Shown: in pieces, positions 54,301 to 64,000 of the stretch
How positions within the stretch are numbered: the first letter of the stretch is position 1
Layout: each line of letters starts with the position of its first letter
From: Trichoplax adhaerens
Lineage: Eukaryota > Animalia > Placozoa
Assembly: GCF_000150275.1 (NCBI RefSeq)
Contig: NW_002060948.1
Span: 744,001 to 808,000 of the forward strand
Direction of reading: 5' to 3'
Length of the DNA: 64,000 nt
The notes under the pieces: generated by a model
What the model was told of the DNA's origin: nothing
What the model saw: the letters and a program-made list of their open reading frames with translations, nothing else
Database searches by the model: none
Position numbers and translations under genes: made by a program

Positions 54301-56287
54301 GCTATTGGAAAATTTTAATAATTCTTATCATAGATCACTGCTGCCTACCTGGACAGAGTAAATCTGTCCGCTAATGGATTCTATCGGTATATAAAGAAAT
54401 TAAAGTATACTTATTTATTATAGTGTATTCAAATTTCAATATATACCAGGAAACCTTTAATGAAAGTTTAAATAACTAGGCTCCCTGATCGTGTAAATTA
54501 TGACTGGGAGGCGAATACCGGCCAGCCGTTTTATTATATAACATATGGTGCTGCAGTATCTGAAGTTGAGATTGACACCTTAACTGGAAGTCATCATGTA
54601 TATCTTATTTAATATTATATTTTCATGTAGATAGCAATGTCCTTCGTATCATTATGAGACAAATTCTACGCTTTTTATAGGCATAGAAATTATAGTAAAA
54701 TACATCATATATATTCATACTTAATTCTATTAAGATAATTTGTTTTGCGGATGGCCTTAATGATATAAGAATTGATCAATAATTATAGATAATACGGTCG
54801 GATATTGTCATGGATGTTGGCAAAAGTATTAATCCTGCCATCGACATTGGCCAAGTATAAGATGAAATTGTTTATCGAATTGTTAATTATGTTATCAATT
54901 ATTTGTGTATAGTTTAATCTCGAGTATAAAAATTTTTTTTTCGATTCAGATTGAGGGGGCCTTTATGCAAGGAATTGGATTATTTACATTAGAAGAGCAA
55001 TATTTCTCGCCAGAGGGGAAACTATTAACTCGTGGGCCATCAACCTATAAATTACCAACTTCTAGGGATATTCCAAATGAATTTTACGTTTCCTTATTAC
55101 CGAATGTTCCGAATGATAAAGCAGTCTTTTCTTCCAAGGTAATCTCTACTTAATTCCTATGGTTATTTAAACAACATCTATAAATGCACATGTTCTTATG
55201 TATTGTTTTATATGTTTTTGCTTGCATTGATTTATATTTTTAAATCGTAATCTAGAATTCATACAATGTACCTAAAGCGTCTGAGTTATTTATTCTCAAA
55301 TTATCATTAAATTGGCCTAACATTACTTTTTGAATTATTGCAGGGGATTGGAGAACCGCCATTGTTTTTAGGATCGTCAGTATTCTTCGCAATTAAAGAT
55401 GCTATCAACTCTGCGAGGTATAATATACAGTATCTTACAGTAATAAAATTCTCTTGCTCCTGCAATATCTATTAGCATTCATTTATATAAAAGGTAGAAG
55501 TCCTACTTTAAATATGAAAAGGACTTTATTAGAAAATGTTTTATACCCTAATAACGAAAAATGATCTTTTCTACGGTACTGCATAAAGATTTAGGGGTCT
55601 CTAGTCAAACTAAGAAGAAATATAATCTATCACATTTTAATTTGTGATAAAATCTAAATCCGTTAGAATCTGAGATCATAACATTTTCTATCGTAGATTT
55701 CGCATCCGTTCTCGTTCATATACAAATCTAAGAATAAAATTTAATTTACTTAAATTAAGTTCCCTCTACGGGATGGGCTGCATATTCTACCACTATAACC
55801 TATATTTATAATAAATCGTCATTTTACCAAAACTACACAATCTTTAGAATACTGATTCTATGCTTCATAGTTCTAGACTATTATGGCTAATACTCTTATG
55901 CCGTACTCGATACTAATAAGCATCTTTAGAATGGGATAAAAAATCTACATTGTTATAACATAGCGAGAAATCCCTTTGAAGAGAATTTATTTCAACATGA
56001 TTTATTTATAGAAGATTATGCTAAGATTAGCATATTAAAGAAGTATTAAAACTATTTAATTAGGCAAGAAGTTGGTTTAGGCCTTATATATAGATTGGAT
56101 AGCCCTGGTACATGTGAACGCATTAGAATGGCATGTCAAGATCAAATTACCACAGCGGTATTCCATTATTATATTATTTGAATCTTGTAATCAAATAAAT
56201 GATATAATTATATCTATATTTTATCGAATTTAGATCGAGTCTACAGTTCAAGAGCCGAATGAAAAGCCATGGGCTATTCGTATATAA
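42370..56287 (+). CDS. XDH: Molybdo-flavoenzyme paralog B, xanthine dehydrogenase-like, complete, ~35 exons
   Basis: ATG 42370 ([15 protein letters not shown]), [103 protein letters not shown], stop EKPWAIRI* at 56285-56287. Orthology to canonical XDH is not proven. Confidence 0.9.
43597..44069 (+). other. Degenerate U12-type intron 3 of paralog B
   Basis: Donor GTATCCAAC, branch-like TTCTTTAAC (44048-44056), AAG acceptor. Same codon position as paralog A intron 3. Confidence 0.65.
45839..46019. repeat. Intronic tandem duplication, period ~104 bp
   Basis: AATAAACTAT...GTCTCTG.ATGCTACCAAAATATTACAGTA.GTCAA.CATAAATTG occurs at 45839 and 45943. Confidence 0.85.
47259..47995 (+). other. GC-AG intron in paralog B
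   Basis: The exon ends ...LIG-AG|GCAAGC and resumes at AG|G-CCG-TGG (RPWN). The homologous donor in paralog A is AG|GTACGA. Confidence 0.75.
50574..50803. repeat. Intronic tandem repeat, ~2.7 copies, period ~86 bp
   Basis: AAA.CCA.CA.TATC.AT...AT.GATTCTCAT.TC occurs at 50574, 50660 and 50746. Confidence 0.8.
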
Positions 56288-59200
56288 TTTGTTAAATATA
56301 GGGTATTATTATACTTTATTGTATTGCGGATTGCTTTCAATTTAAAAGCAGTCGTAAAATTTTACCATGTAAAGTTTAGATTGTCCTCAATATCTTGTGT
56401 AGGTTAATATATTATACGAACGAATCTTGTGCTCATATAATATTAGTAACAAAGCGAGAATTAGCAATTCGAGTAAAACTTAATGCTTGAGAAGGAAGAA
56501 ACACCTTTGTTATTAAAATTAAGTGGCTGTTATAATTTTACAGGTTTTTTTATTTGTAGTTTGCTCGTGAGATCATGCAATAATCATAGATAGAAATCTT
56601 ATGTGTGCTCCATAATTTAAGTGATAAGAATTAAGAGCTATAGTATGCTATAGCAAACATTCCATTTTTAACGTTTTTTACATTCAAAATAATTCACTTT
56701 ATTTTAATCTCTTAATAAATAAATCTATAATTATTTCTATGAATATAGTAATACGTATTTCTACATAACAATTATAATTGTCCGCGTTGCAATAGTATCG
56801 TAACACTACTATGTGATTACATAAAGGAAGTTTACTTTCTATCACAATGTTGCCAAAGGTAACATACCAATTGGTTTTTATATCTAATATCAGTATGGTG
56901 TAGAAAGCTAGTACTATACAAGTATTAAAATCACTTAATATGTTGCATATATATATTTTCGACCCCATTTAACTGCAATAACTATGGCTGGAAGTGATTT
57001 GAGCTGTTAAATCTCACTATTCACATTTCTTTTCCTGTTTTAGACCTGCAGGCTAGTAATATTTTCTGTTTTGTTACAGCTTTGTTACATGATAAAATTT
57101 TGAGGATTATTAATTTAGTTCACTGCAATAGCTATATATAAGCATGTATTCCTTCCTATTTATAATCGAGCCACTTGTAAACATTTGATTTTCTATCATA
57201 AATTTTCAAATTGACAGATCAAATCTTGTTCTATTTTTGTTATTTAGTTATAGAATTAGTCCTAGTATTGAACGCAGACTTAAATTGTTATTTTATGTCA
57301 TTGTAATGGACTATAGAGTTGAACTAAAGCTGACAGAAATGGAAGAAGAGATAAAATTTGTGGTTGTAAAATAAATAGTATATAGAAGTAGATAAACTCC
57401 ACGTTTATACTCTAGTAGCTACTGTACGATTAGTTAAGTGTATAAGCTTATCGTTCAATTGGTAAAAACTAAGTAACTAAATACGGTAAACGATAGATAT
57501 ATCACTCCTATAAAATATTCAATCATCATATAAATACTAAAGGGAAGCCTTTCAAAATTATTCTATATTTTGAAATGATTTAGATCTAAACGCAGATATC
57601 ATCACGATTCGATTTTTATTGGATAACGACCCTGATATACATAAATGCAGCAGCGGTGCACAGCTGATACTAGCCCAGGGACCTTAATATTGATATACAG
57701 TATACATTAGGCAGTATTAATAATTTACTTTGTACACTTTACCACAAGTATCCAATGCAGCAGCCAGTCTTTCATGATCTCCAATAAATTTCTAGTAATA
57801 GCAAGTGCCATCTAATAGTGAAAGTAGTACAACTATAGGTATTCAAGTAACGTTAAAGATGGTAATTCAAGCTCAAGCGTTTGCACCATCATAGTCTCTC
57901 AGAAGGTATACAAATACTCTAACATTTACAAGAGATAATAACTTGTTTAGAAGTTGACTCCTAATCAATACTTTTATTCCGTTAAATAATCGTAAATCGC
58001 CTCTGATACTATGGATATACTTCCTAAATATGAGTTGCACAAACAAGAAAATCTTTCTTGTAAGAAGAAGTAGACTTTAAATAAAAGTAACTTTTATGAT
58101 TGTGATATAATAGAATTGACATCAATGGTTCTTTTAGATGAATTAATATATTGCTTTTGCTTTATTACAATCATCAAGTAACATATTAAAATTTGGGACC
58201 CTTTAGGTAACAATAAATCAGTCGTAAAAATGATTTATAAGCAATAAGCACGAGTATATGCTGATCTAATTGTACTAGGTACTATGAGCACAAGTAATAA
58301 TTTGCGTATCAATCTAGTAACATTTCATAGTATTTATACGTACGTTTATAGTAATTGTTTTAAAATGTAGATATGCCCATAGAAAGCAATAGTCAAGCAT
58401 AGGTAGAATCTGGTTGAGAAAAATAAATCATGCGAAATGAAGTCTCGATAATGCATTGGGTATTACTATTATTGTTCCAGAAAGTCTTCATATAACAAAT
58501 CACATAAAGGATTATAATGAAACTTTGCTACTATTAATAGCTATAGTTTAACCCAAATACAACCTCAAAACCTTTTAATGCTAGAATGATTACACAGGTA
58601 ATGTTTTTACGAATTAGTATCTACGTATATAATTCCGATCTTAGTATTTGTGATATATACCAATCACGAGATTCAAATTTTAGAAAAATGAGGGCTTTAT
58701 TGAATTTTATACAAAGATTAACTACACACAGCTCTACTTTAGCCGAATACTACTACTAAAGACTTCTAGAACGAACTAACAGAATAATCTAAAGTTGCAT
58801 GCTTTTATACTTTCCGTAGCATTCGCAGCTACAATCCGCATGGCAAGCTTTTACCTTATTTTACACATAGTTAAATTATTTTTAGTAAGACTATTCTACT
58901 GCGGACCATCGTTAATCCAATATGGATACGACTACAGTACTTACGTAGACATTATTCACACCAGCCTAAGTACAATGAATTAACCATATCCTAATATATG
59001 ATTGTCACAAATATCTCCTACTTGTGAGCGATTAAACTTCTCTAGTTGCTATTACTCTCGTTGAACACTGGCTATTATGGTCGAGGTTAGAACTACTAGA
59101 AGAGTTTTAATGTTATACAATACTGTATTGGTATAAGTCCGGGTTACAGGCCTGTCTATTACGATCGGAATTTGGAACTGAACAAGCTAGTCTGAGCTCG

Positions 59201-59850
59201 CCCTTTTATACCCTTAGTGCAGGCCGTTGGTGCATTGTAGCGAACTGGACTCTGCTTATTTTACTAAAATTTATATTAGAATTTCTTTACAATTGATAAC
59301 AGGACTTAGTATAGACAAAGCTTGTAAACAACATTAATTAGAATAAATCAATTAATAACCAATTAGAGCCCTGAAGCTCTACACTAAATTAACACGCTTT
59401 TGATAGGTTCTATAGCCTATCATTAGATTACTTAATACTAAGCTAAGTAATTCTATGGCAACAATATAGATGGTGCATTTACATCTAATATTAATAATCC
59501 GAAACTCAATTAGCAATAGCGAATCGCAATTAACAAGAATGGATAAACAACATTAAAAGCAATTAGAAATATTAATTTAGCTTACGGTGTCAGACACCGT
59601 AACAATGATTTACAGTTCTATTTTTACCTATAGCTATAGCCTTGTTAGTAACTCAACACCTTACTGTATATAGTCATCTGTACTCTAGCATAGAGTCTCT
59701 ACCACTACAGTCTATAGTTATAGCTACCAAATATCTCTTGGGATAAATATCTACCGTACATTATACTAAACATGGCTAATAGTCTACAATCACAATACTA
59801 GTTACATTACAGTATTGTAGACGTTATTTGAATGATATGGAATTGTATCG

Positions 59851-62800
59851 TTAAACCCGTATCATCCATGGCTTTTCATCGTCCTTACGTGTAGATGGCT
59901 TGATCTATGTAAAAAAAATTACGTTAACCAAAATATTTAATGTTTTAATTCATTAATTTAAAAACAGACTAATAAATAAATACACAATATATACTCGTAG
60001 TATTATATTCATCATTTCTGGTATGTTAAAAATAATTGATCGATCGCGAGTATGCACATAATCAAATTGATTTGAAAGTATACCTTTATATATCTATTAA
60101 GGCTATTTTCAGTACACTAATACATACAAAAGTGATATCTCGCAATTAACTCGTATCATTTCTAGTTAAGGCTAACTTTATATATTGGTATATATGAAAT
60201 TTAATACAAAATAAATCGTTAACTCTTTTATGTTTAAGTTTATAATAGTAAGCATTAACATATAATCGATTATAATTATTGACCACAAGTGCATTAACAG
60301 TAGATTTTTGTTAAAAAAGAATTCTATAATATTATTTTACTGTACTTAAACAGATAACTAAAAACAATCTTCTCTGGAGTACTTGATTCTTAAGAATGAT
60401 GGCCAATACAACTAGGGTAATATTTAATTACTTTCATATTACAGAAATCTATACAATCTTTATTACTGTTAAGATTTACCAGTGCTGTAATTTCATCATT
60501 ACACATCATTCTTATCCTTTCGCATGTCGCTGGACTATCAAATCGAAATATATTGCTTATGTCAGCATCTTGCCTAATGTTGAGAGAAAGATTTACAATA
60601 ATCAGCATTTCGAGTCATGAAAATGACATGGAAGATGATTGTGTAGCTTTATAACTATTTCTTGTTATAAAGTCTTGATGATTAATGGATGATAATATTA
60701 AGGTACAAGGAAACCTGGCTGCGATTATTGCATCCTTAATAGCGAAAAATACGGAAGATCCTAATAGCAATGGCGGTTCTCCAATTCCCTGTTATATAAT
60801 CATTAATTTTTTTGAATAACACTCTCAATGAAAATTACTGAAAATTAATACAGTTGATTCAAATTATACCGTAAATCGTGGGTTTTAGCTAATCCGTACG
60901 CGTACAAAAAGGATTATAGAGTATATACCTTAGATGAATATATTGCATATTTATTAGGGACTTTGGGAAGCAAATAAACATAAAATTCGTTAGGAATATC
61001 AGTGGAACTTGGAATCTTGTACGTCCCTGGTCCTCGCGTCAATAGGTATCCAGTAGGAGAAAAAATATGATCTTCTAATGTATAAAGCCCCACTCCTTGA
61101 ATAAATCCTCCTTCAATCTAATTATTAATTAATATTAGATTGCAGAATTAGCATCTCCATAATTTATGCATATCTTGCATGTATTAACCGTTTTCAAATC
61201 AGGCAAATAAATCATTAATAATAAAACCAAATATTCAGTACAAAGCTGTTTATTCTTCACCTGACCAATGTCGACTGCCGGGTTTAAACTTTTACCAACA
61301 TCCATAACGATATCAGTTCTTAATATCTATATATGTGTTAATTATTAGCACATCAGAAATGTTAACATATAAAGTCTTAAATTTTATGTTATACCATAAT
61401 TATTCTATTGAAATTTACAGAAGTATAGCGATATGATATTATAATAAAAAAATTTAAAAAGCTAGTACATGAAAATCTCCAGTCAAGGTATCTATTTCAA
61501 CTTCAGAAACTGCTGCTCCATACGTGCGATAAAGATAGGTTTTACTGTCGTCGTATGCAGGACAACTAGAAAATTTTAAAGTTTACTGCTTCAGTACAGC
61601 GTTAACTTTAAACATTTATAACGACATAATTTTAAATTTTTAAACCTGTAAAATCCATTGGCAGATAAATTGACTCTATTGAGGTAGGCAGCTTTAACCT
61701 TCAAAGAGCAAATATAACTTTTACTGCATATCTAACCAATTTAGTCGATACATTGTCTCTAAAATAGTTACGAGTTATAAAAACCTTAACATATCGAAAT
61801 TTCTTACCCAATCTTCCCATTTCCCTTTCGGGTTAGCTTCTTGAAATGGTTTGATTCTATTTCGCAATTTTTCGCATGCGTTCTTTGTTATTAAAGCAAG
61901 AAATTGTTATACAATTTAAAATCTACATAGTACGACATTCAAATAATAGAAATTGACTGATGTTATATTATCTATTTTAGTATGAAATATCACTAAGAAA
62001 ATTTAAATAGAAATTTTACATACGGCAATGGCTGCACCATTTAAATCGGTTGATGACGAGGCGGCAGTTTGGGTAGCATTAGGTATATTAGATGAATTAG
62101 TTTCTATCAAATAGATTTTATCAGTTGGAACTCCAAGAATATGTGAACAAATCTGTAAATATATAACGTACGTTTTATTATTACTTTCAAAATAACAAGA
62201 ATTAGGATATTGTTAACACAGTTCATTTGACCGCTACTGGATCAATATTAAATGAGTAAATAAGTGTATTGAGCTCAATATAATTGATCCTATGAATGGA
62301 GACCTGTGTCATCTTGGTATGCAATCCTTGGCCCATTTCAATTCCACCGTGACTTAGAAGAACAGAACCATCTAGATAAATTATTACTAATGCTCCACCC
62401 TAAGTTAGGATCAAAATTAGCATTAATCATTAATTAGTATAATATTGCCATATTGTAGCAACAGAATTGTTAGGCTGATAGTTACAATTAATCTTAAAAG
62501 AACTTATACATCAATGGCTAGCAATCGCTTATATTGTAGCTTAAAGTACTATAGAACAACTAGTACTATATCTATCTCGTAATTTTACCTGGTTCATAAA
62601 CCTTATATTGAATCCAACAGGATAACTTAGTGGGATTACAGAAATGCCACGTTTCTTCCATCGGTTCTCTCTACATAAGTGATGCAGCAAATTAAGTAAT
62701 ATATTAACATGATTCTGAGATATTTTGCTTACAAATATCGTACTGTAATTTAATAGATAATAAAATTGCTGAAAGTTTTACATACGCGGTCTTGATAGAC

Positions 62801-64000
62801 TATTAGGAGGATTAGTAGAATAGATAAATTTACGATTGCTATTACAATTACCTATTATAAGATTCAACATCTACTTTGCGTTTGTGGAAATTACTGCTTT
62901 TGATGACTTCATTTAAAACTGTTCGCACTCTGCTTTCTTCTATCACGTCACCATAATGAGTTATATCTCCGTCTTTGTATAAATTTATTTCCCTCACCTG
63001 TTGGCAAAATCTTGCATGTTTATTAAAAATCATAAATTTCTAAGTAATATTTAGATTGAATACCTGTAATTGGGTAATGCCACAATTAATTGCAATTTCA
63101 GTTAAAATCGTTTCTATTGCGAAAACGCCCTGTAGAAAATGTTATGATATCACAAGAATGCTGGCGGAATTTATTTTAAACTATGCCGGATAAACTTAAG
63201 AGAAATGCTATATGCAAGCTATTTTCCTTCATTTTGCTCTTACTTGTGGCGATCCAAAACCTCTGAAAGCAGTATTAGATGGGATGTTGGTTTTGCATAA
63301 GTATGGAGAGATATCAAAATGAGGAATTCGGTAGCAACTACTGCAGGTCAACAAAGTGCGTGACATAACCTACAGTATCCAAATATTTATTTAAAGATTA
63401 CTCGATTACTCTGGATACTGAGAAATTACTGGAAGTAAATTAAGCTAAGACAAAAGAATAAAATTTTATTATTCAAGCACATCATTTTACCGCCGGAGAT
63501 AAATCTAAGCTATTTCCACAGTTGGCATACATTCGAAGGCGTAGTGCATTAATTATACCAGTACTACCGAAGCCAACCTATGAGATAGGTACATTGCATA
63601 TAACATAGTTTTATAATGGGATATGTAAATACATCGTATTTCAAATTTAATATTAACCTTGTACTTAAATAAATATGGATGTCTTGTTCCCGTTATTGAC
63701 ATGTCGACGTCTCTATCTAATACACACCGTACGGGCCTTTTCGAGCTAACAATGCGATATACAGCATTAGCATTTCTATTTTGCCAAATCGTAGTTAAGG
63801 GTAGCTGACTAGAGTAAGATTGAATCGTACTCGTGTAAATCAAGTTTTAGTTTCCAAGATTATTAAGATTTACCTCTGAGCGCCGATGGAAGCTGCTAAT
63901 GCAATAATTATAGTACGCGATTCTTTGCCACCAAATCCTCCTCCTTAAATAAGCGCGAAAGAAGAGATTAATATGTATGTTGCATTAAAAATTTAATATT
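59851..64000 (-). CDS. Molybdo-flavoenzyme paralog C (XDH-like), 3' part only; the gene continues beyond the window
   Basis: [78 protein letters not shown], stop EKPWMIRV* (59851-59853). Intron positions match paralog B. Confidence 0.92.

Noticed and set aside
802-63843. Many ORF-track entries antisense to or out of frame with exons (e.g. 802-984, 11613-11891, 13409-13717, 44244-44483, 47073-47318, 60396-60620)
   Set aside because: These are shadows of the real spliced exons of the genes listed.

Overview
AT-rich eukaryotic (animal) genomic DNA with many short introns. The compact gene spacing, weak polypyrimidine tracts and gene set suggest an early-branching metazoan such as a placozoan (inference only). 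Left ~19 kb: a tight housekeeping cluster of RALGAPB (+, 5'-partial), TEX30 (+), TIMM29 (-), RNASEH2C (+), DPP3 (-) and MRPS10 (+). Between the divergent DPP3 and MRPS10 starts lies a ~3x303-bp, highly structured tandem repeat whose internal junctions carry GTTAGGGTTAGG, which is the telomerase-template sequence CCUAACCCUAAC on the minus strand. Right ~42 kb: three xanthine dehydrogenase/aldehyde oxidase paralogs (A -, B +, C - partial). Paralog A has lost the XDH substrate and NAD+ signature residues (AOX-like) yet keeps two adjacent canonical U12-type introns. Paralog B is XDH-like, but one of those introns has become U2-type and the other has a decayed U12 donor. All exon structures were derived by hand from GT/AG boundaries and recalled protein homology; no searches were run.
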